DNA of 63,003 bases, filler included, from Chrysochromulina tobinii (GCA_001275005.1; 4 parts of 4 records of this genome joined end to end with filler, not necessarily neighbours in it); one strand, 5' to 3'; shown: positions 34,801-45,959, counted from the first letter of the whole stretch. Notes: generated by a model from the letters alone, not told the origin. Made by a program: numbers and translations.

Positions 34801-35424
34801 GTGACGAACACGCCCGCGCGCATCCCTTCCGTGCTCGTCAAGATCCTCGCCGCCGTCGTGGTCGAATACAAGACGGCCGACGGCAACAGGCACACGCAGC
34901 ACTTCCTCGTGCAAGAGAACCTCTTCTACGGACGAACGGTCTCTCGAATGTTCGATCTCAAGGGCGCACGGCGCAACCGCGGCGCGGGCGCCGACGGCGA
35001 GGGCGAGGACGGCACCGTGCTCGATGAGAATCTTTTCCGCTTCAACAACGGGTATCCCCTGCTCCTCTCCGAGCTCGCCAAGCAACGGCTCACGCGCGCC
35101 CTCTGGAACGACACGCTCTTCCTCGCCTCGATCAACGTGATGGACTACTCTCTCCTCGTCGGCATGGTGCAGACCAGCAGCGCCTCCGACGCGGGCGCCG
35201 AGGGGGGGACGGGCGGCGGCTCCGCCATCCCCATCGAGTATGCGGGCGAGTCGTGGACGCTGATGGTGGGCGTCATCGACTACTGCCGCCAGTACACATG
35301 GCGCGAGGAGGCCGAATGGCGCATCAAGAATGCGACCGTCACCAAGCCGCAGCACTACAAGCGCCGCTTCCGCGAATCGCTGCACCGCTATTTCATGCCC
35401 TCGATAGAAAAGTACGCAGATTGA
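28803..35424 (+). CDS. FAB1: PI3P 5-kinase PIKfyve/Fab1-like with N-terminal ankyrin repeats; introns ~29685-30071, 31056-31141, 31313-31382; apparent frameshift at GGGG 33906-33909
   Basis: Ankyrin repeats (TPLTIAA, SALLCAC), FYVE (RRHHCRIC...RVCNAC), TCP-like domain (KIKTLPGG), Cys/His region, and kinase motifs DLKG, MDYSLLVG and GVIDY. Confidence 0.88.
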
Positions 35425-35706
35425 GAGGCCTATCATAGCTGCGATTTTATTTCCTTGATCGAGAAGCACGGTCTTGCCCATTTATAGACGGAGGATGTGG
35501 GCGTGCTGCGCGCGCAGGCCTTGAGACTCAAGTCACTGATTGACGAGGCTTAACACGCTCACCCGCTCGATGAGCGTAGTTGTTCACGTATGAAACATTT
35601 CTGAAAACAATCTTGCCGCCGCACGTTTAAGTTTTTTACCATCAACTAGATCTAGAACATACTGACTCTGTACACTGTAGAGATTTTGCATGTTGGTCCG
35701 GCGTCT

Positions 35707-38247
35707 CTATGTCAGAGCTGGCGCACTCTGAGAGTGGTTCAGGAGGTGGCTTTGGGAGGCGGAGGGTGCTGCCGCATAGCCTGCCGTCTGCTCCTTGAAC
35801 GCGTCCTCGAGCGAACCTATTATGGACTCAAAGCTCTGGCGTGTGATGCTGAGGGTACGCAGCTTGCTCGTTGCCTTGACCGTCGCGAAGCGCGCCTCGT
35901 GCTTCAGTAGCGCGAGCTCGCCGAAGCAATCACCTTCGCCCAGAATGGCCAGCGTCTTCTGCTCGCCTGTCTGTTCGTCGAGACGGACCACCTTGGCAGT
36001 CCCGCTCAGCACGGCGTACAAGGTGAAGCCCGAATCGCCTTGCTCGAAGACGTGCTCGCCTGCCTCAAAGGGCGCATACTCCATCCTGTCGAGCAGCTGT
36101 GTCAGCTGATACGGCGCCAAGCGCGCAAAGGCGGGCATCTTGGCGAGCGAAGCGAGAGTGCGCTCGCGCACAGTACGAAGCGCGTTGGCAAAGGTCGACT
36201 CCATTGAGGAGCCACCCATCGAAATATCGACTGCTGTTGCAGGACGCGATCCCGACCCATCCAGGACGAGATCTCGGCCGGACGCGCGACGCTTCATAAA
36301 CTGCGTCGCCCTCTCGGCGGAGATGCTCATTTCTTTGGTGCCCGACGAGTTCATCTCGACGAGCCGTGCAATGTAGGTGAGCAGGTGGTGGACGGAGCGC
36401 CAGGCCGCCTGCCGCGGCCGTTTTGTGAGATCGCCGCGGCGCTCCTGAACGAAGCTGCGGAACTGCGAGGGCGCGTGCACGGCGAGGGCGATCAGGTAGA
36501 CGCCAGCGTCCTCCGCGCCCGTCTCAGCAAGGTCGTCGTCCGTGGGCAGCGCGCACAGCGTCGAGAGACGGATCATCGCCTCTACAAAGTCGTGGAAGAA
36601 GAGGTTGCGTGCGCGCATTACCGATCGGTCCGAGCCGTCGACGACCGCGCGCAAGCGCGACCAGCTGAAGACCAGCTTCCCTTCAAACTTAGTGCACTGG
36701 CCTGACTCGAACAGGCCAAGGTGCGAGAGCATCGCCATCCACTCACCAACGGACATCATATTCGTCGGGTCGAGCACGACCACATCCTTGGAGCCGTCCG
36801 CGAGGTCGGAGTACCGTCCGTACAGGGCCTGCAAGGTGTTCCTGTGCCGTTGGAGCACCGGCTCCATCTGCTCGGTGTAGCAACACTGCGCGCGAAAGTG
36901 GTTCGAGTCCTGAATCGCCTGCACTGGTAGTCGGCCGCGCAGGTCTTCGTGGCAGAGGACTTGGATCGCGTCGCTGATGTCTGCAATTTTCTTCGGCCGC
37001 ACGTACCTCTCCAACGCGATGCGCACGAGGCACTGCAACCACTCCTGCCGGTTGAGCATGCGCCCCCGGTTGTGGCGGTCCTCCTTCTCGAGTGATTCGT
37101 CGTGGGCGTCCACCTGTGAGAAGATGAGCTCGAGCGTCCGCGTAGGGCACTCGGCGGACGCGAGCTTCGCGTCCCGTACGAACATGAGGAAGCCATTGAA
37201 GCACACGTTGTGGATCTCGTGCTCGGCGTCGATGGACGTCGAGTTGGTGGCCGAGATGCCAGAGCACGCGTAGTAGTCGTACGCTGCCCAAATGATGCGG
37301 CTGTGCTCGAGGAGGACGCTGCCCACCTGATCGACCTCATCGTCGATGCCATTTCCGTTATCGTCTGCGCCGGACTGCCACTCGGGTTGCCCGGCCTTGA
37401 CAATGAGCTTCTGGATGAAGCCCTGGCGCGCCCTGCACGCGAGGCTCCATTCCGGCTCGAAGACTTTCTTGAGCGAGCTCGGCGTGTCGTAATAGTCGCG
37501 CGAGTTGCCCGTGGCTGCACGCCCGGCCCACATCGACGTGGCAAGGTTGAACCTGGTTCGCTGGCGCACCTGGACCGGCTTCCTCGCGGTGGGCTGCGAG
37601 GTCACGCCTTTCGTCGACTGCAAGAGCGGGGGCGCATCGCCGACAAAGAGGCGATTGCGACGCACTTCCTCGATGCCCGCGTTGAAGCTGTCGTTCAACC
37701 GTATGGACGACGGATCGTGCGAGAGGCTGGTCATGAGCGCCGCCACTGAGCGGCTGTGCATGCGGTGTCGCACGGTAAATGCGTTCGCTGCTTGGGTTAG
37801 AAGGGCGGGCCGATCGCTGCCAATCTGGTCCGTCATCGTGAGCTCCCCGTCCCCGCTACGCTCCGGCTTGAGGTTGTCCTCGCGGCCATGGTCCTTGCGC
37901 TGTCGAAGGTAAGTCTTCAGTGCTCGACGGCCGCCAGGTGAGGGCGGGAGCTGCGAAGGCATTCGAGCCTCTGGCGTGTGTGGCCGTGCGGCTGATGCGT
38001 AAGAGCGCAATGTGAAGCCCACGCTGGAAATGGAGTTGCTCTGCACGGCCTCGAGGTAAGCTGTGGTGACGGGCCGGGGACGGGTGAGAGCACCGATGGG
38101 CGGCAGCATGAACGTGCCATCAGACGTTGACGCCACACTACAAGGGTTAAATTGATCGATTGGATAAGTGTCGCTTGGGTCGAGCAAGACGCGACCCCTT
38201 GGTCGAAGCAGGCCGAACGCGGGGCAGCTTGCGCTCGCATTCAACAT
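35707..38247 (-). CDS. Large protein with C-terminal cyclic nucleotide-binding domain and EF-hand-like helical region
   Basis: GEHVFEQGDSG...LGEGDCFGELALL...RFATVKA is the cNMP-binding signature; long intact ORF. Confidence 0.8.
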   Translation of the reverse strand: MLNASASCPAFGLLRPRGRVLLDPSDTYPIDQFNPCSVASTSDGTFMLPPIGALTRPRPVTTAYLEAVQSNSISSVGFTLRSYASAARPHTPEARMPSQLPPSPGGRRALKTYLRQRKDHGREDNLKPERSGDGELTMTDQIGSDRPALLTQAANAFTVRHRMHSRSVAALMTSLSHDPSSIRLNDSFNAGIEEVRRNRLFVGDAPPLLQSTKGVTSQPTARKPVQVRQRTRFNLATSMWAGRAATGNSRDYYDTPSSLKKVFEPEWSLACRARQGFIQKLIVKAGQPEWQSGADDNGNGIDDEVDQVGSVLLEHSRIIWAAYDYYACSGISATNSTSIDAEHEIHNVCFNGFLMFVRDAKLASAECPTRTLELIFSQVDAHDESLEKEDRHNRGRMLNRQEWLQCLVRIALERYVRPKKIADISDAIQVLCHEDLRGRLPVQAIQDSNHFRAQCCYTEQMEPVLQRHRNTLQALYGRYSDLADGSKDVVVLDPTNMMSVGEWMAMLSHLGLFESGQCTKFEGKLVFSWSRLRAVVDGSDRSVMRARNLFFHDFVEAMIRLSTLCALPTDDDLAETGAEDAGVYLIALAVHAPSQFRSFVQERRGDLTKRPRQAAWRSVHHLLTYIARLVEMNSSGTKEMSISAERATQFMKRRASGRDLVLDGSGSRPATAVDISMGGSSMESTFANALRTVRERTLASLAKMPAFARLAPYQLTQLLDRMEYAPFEAGEHVFEQGDSGFTLYAVLSGTAKVVRLDEQTGEQKTLAILGEGDCFGELALLKHEARFATVKATSKLRTLSITRQSFESIIGSLEDAFKEQTAGYAAAPSASQSHLLNHSQSAPALT

Positions 38248-38545
38248 TGGAAGTCTGCCGAGATTCAGTCGGGCTTCTGATCTTTGTGCAGCGGCGCTGC
38301 GATCTCGGCAAGACAACCGGGACGCGGCATTGAAACGCGCACTGGGTTTGTTTTTCCAAATCCGGCAAGTTTCATCGGAACCGTTCGGAGAGCTTACTAG
38401 GTCGGCCGGAGGTGTGCCAGATCGGTCGGATGTTTACTTTTTTGTTGATGGTGATGCGCTCAAGAGAGCAGACGGACGCCGCCGCATGCGGACCGCTGCG
38501 GTTGACTAAGCTTGTTCACAGCGCGCGCGCGCACGCGGGAGGGCT

Positions 38546-39997
38546 TCACAGAGTCTTCGTATTATATGTTTGGCCCGCCTCGAGCTCCTCGAGCCACTGG
38601 CGCGCAACCGCGGTCCGGATCCGTGCCGCGCGCACCCAGCCGAGACGCCGCTGGTGCCTTCGCTGCTGAGCTTCAACTCGGCTACCCGCGACGGCAGCCG
38701 CCTCCGCCTCGGCCGCGGCCGCTTCCGAACGATCCGTAGCCACCGCTACCTCAGCGCCCTCGCCAGTGAGGGCATGATGGAGGAGCCAGCGCACGGCGTC
38801 CTCATTGTCCTGCGCCCACTCGAGGCCAGCACTACGCGCCACCGCCACATCCGTCGCGACGCGCGGTGCGCCCATCACGGCGCCATGCGCCTCATGAGCC
38901 TCGAGGACATTGAGCATGACACGTGTGTCGAGCCGACGGCGCAGGTGCGCGTGGAGGGCGCGCTCGGCCGCAGGCATCCCATCCGCCACGAAGCGGCGCA
39001 ACCAGGCGTATGGATCACTCGCAGCCACCGCCGCCGACGCTTCTGGTGGATGCGTCGACGCCATCGGAATCGTCGTCGGTCTCGTCGATCTCGTCAATTC
39101 CGTCGGTCTCGTCGTCGTCGTCGTCGGCGCTGCCGGCGCCGGCCGAGATAGAGAACAGCTTGGGCTCTGCAGGTGGGAACGTGCCCACTGCTCGAGCGCG
39201 GCCGAAGAACGCACGCGCCGTGCAAGCACCGGCGTGAACACAAATCCCGGGAAGTAGTGCGTGACCGCCAGGTACGCCGGCAGTCCTACCTCTTGCAGCT
39301 GCTGCCCGAGCTTCGACCCCCGGGTTACGTCACTTAGGGACGCATCCAGGTGCAGCAGCGAGGGAGGACGGCCAGCAAAGGCGGGCTCCTCGGCCAGCGT
39401 CGCGACGAGCGCGTGCCATCGCGCCAGCTGCGCCTCACGGCCCGTGGACGCCTCTGGCGCCGATGAGTCGTGCACCAGCAGCAATGAGCACCTGCCCGCA
39501 CCCGCCAGGTCGACGTCGAGCGTGGTCGCCGTCGTCTCGCGTGCACCGTGCGGATATATCCAAGTGGGTGCCACGGGTGGGGGCGGCCGCAAACGCGTGA
39601 ACAAGGGCACCGCGCCGCTTAAGTAGGCGTTGCAAAAGCTCGCGAGCCATGCTGTGGCCGCCTCCTCCGCCGCGGGCGCCGGAGCTTGCTGTGCGTCCAC
39701 GAACACGCCGTCAAACGTGAGCACGACCGCAGCTGGCAGGCGATGATACGACAAGCCCAAGTCGGCCGCAGGAAGACCGTCTGCGTACGCAAACGACAAG
39801 CGGCCCTCATATCCAGCGATGGCCGTGGCTGCGGCGAGGGCGGAGTGGGCGGCCTCACCAGCGCAAGGGGGTTGAGGCCCCTGCTGCTGGCGGTGCTGAC
39901 GTTCCGTTAGGCACGTGAGAATTACGACCATCGGTAGTAGCGTGCTGTTGGTAGCCAGGCGTTCAATTGTGGCCGCACGAAGAAGAGGGAGTGCCAT
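38546..39997 (-). CDS. Hypothetical protein with PDI-like (redox-inactive thioredoxin-fold) segments
   Basis: The pattern GRLSFAYADG...LPAAVV...FCNAYLSG resembles PDI b'/x; no canonical thioredoxin CXXC seen. Confidence 0.5.
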   Translation of the reverse strand: MALPLLRAATIERLATNSTLLPMVVILTCLTERQHRQQQGPQPPCAGEAAHSALAAATAIAGYEGRLSFAYADGLPAADLGLSYHRLPAAVVLTFDGVFVDAQQAPAPAAEEAATAWLASFCNAYLSGAVPLFTRLRPPPPVAPTWIYPHGARETTATTLDVDLAGAGRCSLLLVHDSSAPEASTGREAQLARWHALVATLAEEPAFAGRPPSLLHLDASLSDVTRGSKLGQQLQEVGLPAYLAVTHYFPGFVFTPVLARRVRSSAALEQWARSHLQSPSCSLSRPAPAAPTTTTTRPTELTRSTRPTTIPMASTHPPEASAAVAASDPYAWLRRFVADGMPAAERALHAHLRRRLDTRVMLNVLEAHEAHGAVMGAPRVATDVAVARSAGLEWAQDNEDAVRWLLHHALTGEGAEVAVATDRSEAAAAEAEAAAVAGSRVEAQQRRHQRRLGWVRAARIRTAVARQWLEELEAGQTYNTKTL

Positions 39998-40207
39998 GTT
40001 CGGGGTCTCAGACACAATTTCGTTTCAAGGTGTCTTGATGGACTTATCCACACAATAAGTCGCGGACGCGACTCGCGGGTGGGTATTTAAAAGCGCGCTC
40101 GGCGGCAGTTACCGGCGGTTTCGTCTCCGTCGGGCCAGTCCAATGGTTTTTCTTGTCGCGATCTCTCTCGTTGGCATCGTCTCGAATCGCAAGCGCCTCT
40201 GAAGCCG

Positions 40208-41358
40208 ATGCCACGAGCCGCGCAGGAGACCTTCGAGGTTTCTATGCGCCAAAGTGCGATGGAGTTTGACGCGCACGACCTCGACCGCTCGCGCAACCTC
40301 GACTTTGCCGAGCTCTGTGCGCTAGTGCGCGAGCGTGAGATCGGCATCTTCCCAGAGGCGGTGCTGCGCCGGCGCTTCGAAGATATGGACACCGATGGTA
40401 ACGGGCTTGTGAGCATGAAGGAGTACATCATCTGGATGCTGCGCGATGCGCTGCGCCGCTCGGTGGCGCGAGTGCGCGACCTGTTCATGCAGTGGGACGA
40501 CGACAATTCGTCGAGCATCGACAAGCGCGAGTGGCGCAAGGCGATGAAAGTGCTCGGGATCGCGGCGCAAAACGATGAGATGGACGCCGTCTTCGACGAG
40601 TTCGACGAGGACCGAAGCGGCGAGGTCAGCTTTGAGGAGCTCGACCGACAGCTTCGTGTGCGCTACCCGCTGCCCGGGCTCGAGGATGCGGCCGCACGCG
40701 ACGTCGCGCTGAGCGCGCAGAGGATGCACAAGCTGCGCACGGCGCCATCGGGCAAGGTGGGTCGCACCTTCTCGAGCGCCCTCCTCGACACGACGCAAGT
40801 GACCGGTGAGAGTGGCGGCAAGTCGGTCCAAGATCAGCTGCGCGCCGCACTCGCTGCCAACCTGACACGCATCATCGACCTCTTCCGGGACTGGGATGAC
40901 GACGGCAACGGTCTGATCGACAAGAAGGAGTTCCGGCAGGCGATGCGCAGTCTTGGATTTAGTGCACCCAAGACGGAGGTCGATGCCCTCTTCGACTCGT
41001 TCGACAACGACGGCGGGGGCAGCATCGACTACCACGAGCTCAACGCACAGCTGAGACGTCACGCGCAGATTGCGGCGAATCTGAAGGCGGGTGCGAAGGG
41101 CAAGATCGAAACAAAGGCGAAGAATAAGTTTGCAATCGGCAAAGATCGGCAGGCGCGTGTGCGCTCCAAGACCCTCGGGAGCGATGTCCAGCTTTTGGCG
41201 GACAAGCCTCTGGTGCAGCAGCTGTGCGCCGCTCTGAACGCGTCGTGGACCCGGGTCGTCGACCTATTTCGGGAGTGGGACGCGAATGGCGACGGTGAGA
41301 TCTCGCGGATTGAGATGCACCGTGCGATGTTCGTCCTTGGCCTTGGCGCGCCAGTTGG
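40208..41358 (+). CDS. Multi-EF-hand calcium-binding protein (truncated by gap)
   Basis: Loops DLDRSRNLDFAE, DTDGNGLVSMKE, DDDNSSSIDKRE, DEDRSGEVSFEE, DDDGNGLIDKKE, DNDGGGSIDYHE and DANGDGEISRIE. Confidence 0.9.
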
Positions 41359-41458
41359 NNNNNNNNNNNNNNNNNNNNNNNNNNNNNNNNNNNNNNNNNN
41401 NNTTAATTAATTAANNNNNNNNNNNNNNNNNNNNNNNNNNNNNNNNNNNNNNNNNNNN
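41359..41458. other. Artificial contig spacer
   Basis: 100-nt N block with TTAATTAATTAA. Confidence 0.97.
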
Positions 41459-42480
41459 CAACATGCTCGGCGCGCTGCCGACTCGCTGGCGAGCAAGGGG
41501 CGACGGAAAGTGCTGCGCGCCCAACCCCAGCACTGTCGTGCAGACGACGAGGCAGCGGTGGATAGCACAGACCAGGCACGCAAGGTATTCAACGGCTTGT
41601 TCTGGACGGCCTTTTTCTTCCTGATCACGCATCGGCTAGCGGGTTTGCTGTGGTTCATGTGGCCGGCTTGGCGCTGCAACAGTTGCACAGTGTCTGACCC
41701 TGCGTTGGTGAACGGTATGAGCCCGGAGCCATTGATCCCTACGGGCGTCTTGGCGGTCGGGCAGAATGCTGGTCATCAAGTGCTGGTGAAAGTCCTTTGT
41801 GGTTGGCGTGGAACCACCGGTCATTTTGAATGGCAGCAGGCACGACGAGCCACGAGCCGTATTCGCTGGGTCCAACGCGAACAAACTCAACCGGCTTGGA
41901 GCTGCATTCAGCTGCATCGTGTCTGATTCTGCGTTGTGGTCGGCATGCGTACGGCTCCATTGAAGCTTTGCGAGCATCTGGACGCCGAGCTGCATGCCGG
42001 CCATCACTGCGGGTGAAAGTCTTATGCGGTTGGTGTGGAACCACCCGGTCGTCTGAATGGCAGCAGGCACGACAGCCACAAGCCGTATACGCTGGGTCCA
42101 ATGCGAACAAACTCCTGAGGCCTACTTGCCTGGCACTGGCTGCGGCCCTATATCATACGGAGATTGCATACCGGTAGCCCTAATGACGAAACCCTCTGGT
42201 TGCCTAATAAAGAGATGACGAAACCCTGCGAGGTCAGTGACGAAACTTCGACGAACCTTTTCCCGCACTTTCAGTGTCAGACACTCCAGTGTGACCCTTC
42301 GACTCTCAAACCTCGGCCCGGGGGGGTCTCGGATTTTGGTCCAAATACTTTGGTTGACCTCGGAGGTCAGCTTCGAACCTTGGACCAAGGGGGGTGTTTT
42401 CCCGGAAACGATACTGAATTTCCTGGACTCGCTTCAGACCCGACCCGACCCGACCCGACCTCGACCTCGGAGCCCGATTT

Positions 42481-42828
42481 TCATATCCTATCCCCCGACC
42501 CGACCCCCTCCGACCCGACCCCATACTGGAGAGTGGCGACGCGCCGTGTTGGGCGCTTTTCATATCGGATCACTACAGGTTCACGTATGTGGACTATCAG
42601 GGTAACGGATTTCCTCCTGCGTATGCTGCACCTATTGGAGTCACCACCCGTACGTGGATCATCTATCATGATTATTGGTGGAGGTCGACGCGTGGTCAGT
42701 TTCCACGGACGCCTGCGCATTTGCCAAAGGCCCCAAAACAACCACTCTTTGAAGACGTAAAAAGCCGATAATGTGAGCTCAAGTGGCGCATATCGTTTTT
42801 TTGGGTACACACTCGCGCCCGCGCCCAT
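42481..42828 (-). CDS. Orphan ORF (MGAGAS start) directly downstream of the conserved leader element
   Basis: The ATG sits at the same position relative to the repeated element as the ATG at 43349. Confidence 0.3.
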   Translation of the reverse strand: MGAGASVYPKKRYAPLELTLSAFYVFKEWLFWGLWQMRRRPWKLTTRRPPPIIMIDDPRTGGDSNRCSIRRRKSVTLIVHIREPVVIRYEKRPTRRVATLQYGVGSEGVGSGDRI

Positions 42829-42920
42829 GTGGTTTCACAGTAAGTTCAGAAATTACCGGTGTGGCGCGCCGTGTTGGGCGCTTTTGATGACACGCCGTGT
42901 TGGGTGCAACACCCACTCCA

Positions 42921-43349
42921 TCACCCGAAGGGTTGAAATGCAACTCGTTGCCCCCGCTGCGTGCGTAAATATCGTTTACGTTCTGAAACAGTCCAACCCC
43001 TGACCTCCATTGTCAATAAGCGCATCTTCAACACGTTTGGATAAAACCTCCAACTTAGTACATCATTCATCACATACCACATCATTGTTTCCAACTTAAT
43101 GAGTTTTGTCCTAATGTACTTTGCAAAAAGTTCTGTGAGTTTCCACAAACGCTTTTGAGGTAGAGTTTCTACTCTTAACCAGTCACGAAATACCACGGAA
43201 TACCCTGAATCTATGACTCTTCGGCGTTCGGCTATCTCGGGTTGTCGCGTGCGCACTCCCATGGCCAATCTCTGAAATCGATCTCGGACACGAGCCTCGC
43301 GCAGCACCTTTCGAGCACTGCCCCCCCATGACGGTGTCGTTGGCAGCAT
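42921..43349 (-). CDS. Orphan basic protein
   Basis: About 142-codon open frame in AT-richer DNA, with the ATG adjacent to the conserved element. Confidence 0.4.
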   Translation of the reverse strand: MLPTTPSWGGSARKVLREARVRDRFQRLAMGVRTRQPEIAERRRVIDSGYSVVFRDWLRVETLPQKRLWKLTELFAKYIRTKLIKLETMMWYVMNDVLSWRFYPNVLKMRLLTMEVRGWTVSERKRYLRTQRGQRVAFQPFG

Positions 43350-43481
43350 GCTTTTCACAGCTAACTCAGAAATTACCGGAGTGACGCGCCGTGTTGGGCG
43401 CTTTTCGATCTCGGTAGCCCTCGAAATCACGCCTTCCTTAATTGGTACCGGACACTACAAGTTTCCAAACTGGTATCGTCG

Positions 43482-43820
43482 ATGGCGCGCTTGCCAGTAA
43501 GAAGTCGATTCTGGAAGACGATCATAAATCCGCGCAGGCGGCATCGGGTTGAAGGTGGTTTGAGAGAGGGTGGCCGGTACGAGATACATATGAGTGGTCG
43601 AAGACGTCAAGACTTGTTCAATTCTCTACCTGAGAGTGAACAAGAGCAGTTTGATAATCTCGTTCCAATCAGAAGACGCATGAGAGTGAGGTTTAGAAAC
43701 TTTAGGCATTGGTCAGCTACCCATGTTGGGTGGCTTTTAAATGTTCATGACCTGTCTCTAGGAGGGATCGCTGCCATTCCTTTACGAATGATTCGAAAGA
43801 TCTTTTACATGGAAGCCTAG
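43482..43820 (+). CDS. Orphan basic protein (112 aa)
   Basis: ATG-initiated ORF in AT-richer DNA; its stop lies 4 nt before a motif copy. Confidence 0.4.
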   Translation: MARLPVRSRFWKTIINPRRRHRVEGGLREGGRYEIHMSGRRRQDLFNSLPESEQEQFDNLVPIRRRMRVRFRNFRHWSATHVGWLLNVHDLSLGGIAAIPLRMIRKIFYMEA

Positions 43821-44442
43821 CGACGCGCCGTGTTGGGCGCATCAATCCCTAACCCTGAACCCTATAATACGTTGGCGCTACCCATCATAAAAGGGTAAGG
43901 TCTAAAGAAACTAAAAAGAAACATCCTATACTGCTACAGTATTTACACAACCGGAGGGGTTTTTAGATTGCGTACCTGGGAGCTCTTCATCCTCGATCCT
44001 GTACGGCTGTCGAGTCAATTAACAGGATTGATCCCCGGGTGTGATTATGTGTGGGTATTAAAACATCGACCACACAGTACAGCGGCGCTCAGGCAAGCGC
44101 GTGTCCCCGGGTGTGTGCAGTCAAAACAAGACCAACATGGCACCTCACTCTAGTTCTATTCTAGTTGTCGGCTATTTCGTCTGCTCATGCACCTAGAGAC
44201 TGCGCGCAGCATCTCTGTGAAATTTGCGGACGCAAAGTCTCCCACACACCCAGTGCCGTAGCACCTTGTCGCGTCTGTCGTGTTAACGTTCATTTCACAC
44301 CACCCTGCCTCGGGAACCTACCGGTACAGTAGGTTAATACCACAGGACTACAACTCACAGGACTTCGCGCTTCGGCAAACTCAGGGCCCCTTCTTGAAGG
44401 GGTCGACGCAGCGGGCGGCCTATTCCGTGCCCTGCGGGAAGG

Positions 44443-45255
44443 ATGGATGCCACGACCTGCAAGGAGCTCGGAAACGAAGCCATGGGCGCTGGCGATTACG
44501 TGGATGCGCTCAAGTACTACAGCCAGGCGATCGCACTTAATCCTAGGGACGCCGTGCTGCACTCAAACCGGAGCTTCAGTTTCCTCAGGCTCGGCCTCAC
44601 TGCGCGTGCGATCGTCGATGCAGACGAAGCCATCCGGCTGAAGCCGAGCTGGCCCAAGGGACATTTTCGACGCGCTGCAGCACTGTCTCAGGTGGGCCTT
44701 CACGAGCGGGCGTTGGAGTCCTACAGCTTCGCTGCGGCACTGGACCCAAGCGATGAGCATTTGCGTAGCCAGTGCGTCGAGGCCAATCGATGTGCGGCAG
44801 CAGCAAAGCGGACGGACAAGCTGACAGTAGTCGGCGCAGCGGTTGCGGTCGCCGTCGTTCTAGCGCTCATGGCCTTGGACGGCACGGTGGGTGCTGGCTA
44901 CCTTATGATTGCACTATTCTGCGGCGCAACCATCGGCTCAGCCAGCGGTGCAACTTTCGTTCTGTTTCGCCGGCAGCAGCGTGAGAGCTCGGTACTGGCG
45001 CCGCTGCAGTCCAACCACGACTTTGCGGCCATGCAGATGAAGGGCGACACGAGGGGCGCGGGCGAACTCCGCGAAGCGCCTGCACCACCAGTGTCAGGGG
45101 CCGACGGTACGGATGCACCGATGGGGGCAGCAGGAACTGCAGCAGGAGCAGCAGGAGCGCCAGCATCGGCCGCAAAGAGCACTGCGGCACGGCGCTCGAC
45201 GCAGAATGGGCGTGCTGCGGCGCTGCGCGCCAAGAAGGAGGGACGCCTCAATTGA
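44443..45255 (+). CDS. STI1-like TPR protein with two predicted TM segments
   Basis: KELGNEAM...ALKYYSQAI...HSNRS...WPKGHFRRA carboxylate-clamp type TPRs, followed by hydrophobic helices. Confidence 0.85.
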   Translation: MDATTCKELGNEAMGAGDYVDALKYYSQAIALNPRDAVLHSNRSFSFLRLGLTARAIVDADEAIRLKPSWPKGHFRRAAALSQVGLHERALESYSFAAALDPSDEHLRSQCVEANRCAAAAKRTDKLTVVGAAVAVAVVLALMALDGTVGAGYLMIALFCGATIGSASGATFVLFRRQQRESSVLAPLQSNHDFAAMQMKGDTRGAGELREAPAPPVSGADGTDAPMGAAGTAAGAAGAPASAAKSTAARRSTQNGRAAALRAKKEGRLN

Positions 45256-45959
45256 CGCCTCTGAGGACTGAACGCAGAGCGTCGGAGGCCGGTGAGCTGT
45301 GACTCCCCGAGTGTCCTCGACCGCCGAGCCCAGCGCAAATGCGAAATGGAAATGCGCTCAGTCGGGTCAGTCCTCAGCCGCCCACGCGAGTGGCTCGTGG
45401 GGGGGGAGAGCTCGGCACTCGACTGCCTCAGCGTAGTACCCTTCCTTCCCCGGCCCCGCCCCACGCCGGCCCAGGCGGGCGCGCCCTCGCGTCCCTCGTC
45501 CCTCGGCCCCTGAGCCGCCGGTGAGCCTCTTCCAGAGCCTCCTGTGTCGCAGTGCGAGGTTCGCCGGACGCCGCGCGCGGCTCGTTTTGGGGGAAACGCC
45601 ACCTTTGGAGAGCAGGACGGAGAGGGCCCCCCGCGCCCGCGGCCCCGCGCCGTGAAAGCTAAAAGGTTGCGCCAACGGTTGTCCCGGCACTCGATCCCGG
45701 CCCCTGACCATGACATCAGCCTGACGCGCCGACGGCTCGCGTTCCGACAATGATCTCAATATATCCGGTCACACAGTACACAGTACGGTATATACGCGGC
45801 CGGATGATTGCGTCGCCGTCTCCGTTTGGTCCACACACTCACACACGACCCGACCACGCATCACAGGGGGTGTGGCAAAACACATGCTCGCGTCTCAGCG
45901 GAACTTAGTAACCGCATTAGCAGCGATTTTATCATATGTGACCGTCCCTGGCTGCATGT

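Larger units (their letters stand above)
42170..43870. mobile_element. Putative foreign/mobile island: AT-richer, short orphan ORFs separated by a conserved GCGCCGTGTTGGGCGC element
   Basis: Composition shift, 4-5 motif copies, a hairpin and (ACCCG)n at the left end and telomere-like CCCTAACCCTGAACCCTA at the right end. No recognisable transposase or capsid. Confidence 0.4.

Noticed and set aside
43847..43864. True telomere
   Set aside because: Only about three imperfect units, internal to a contig; noted only as part of the island.
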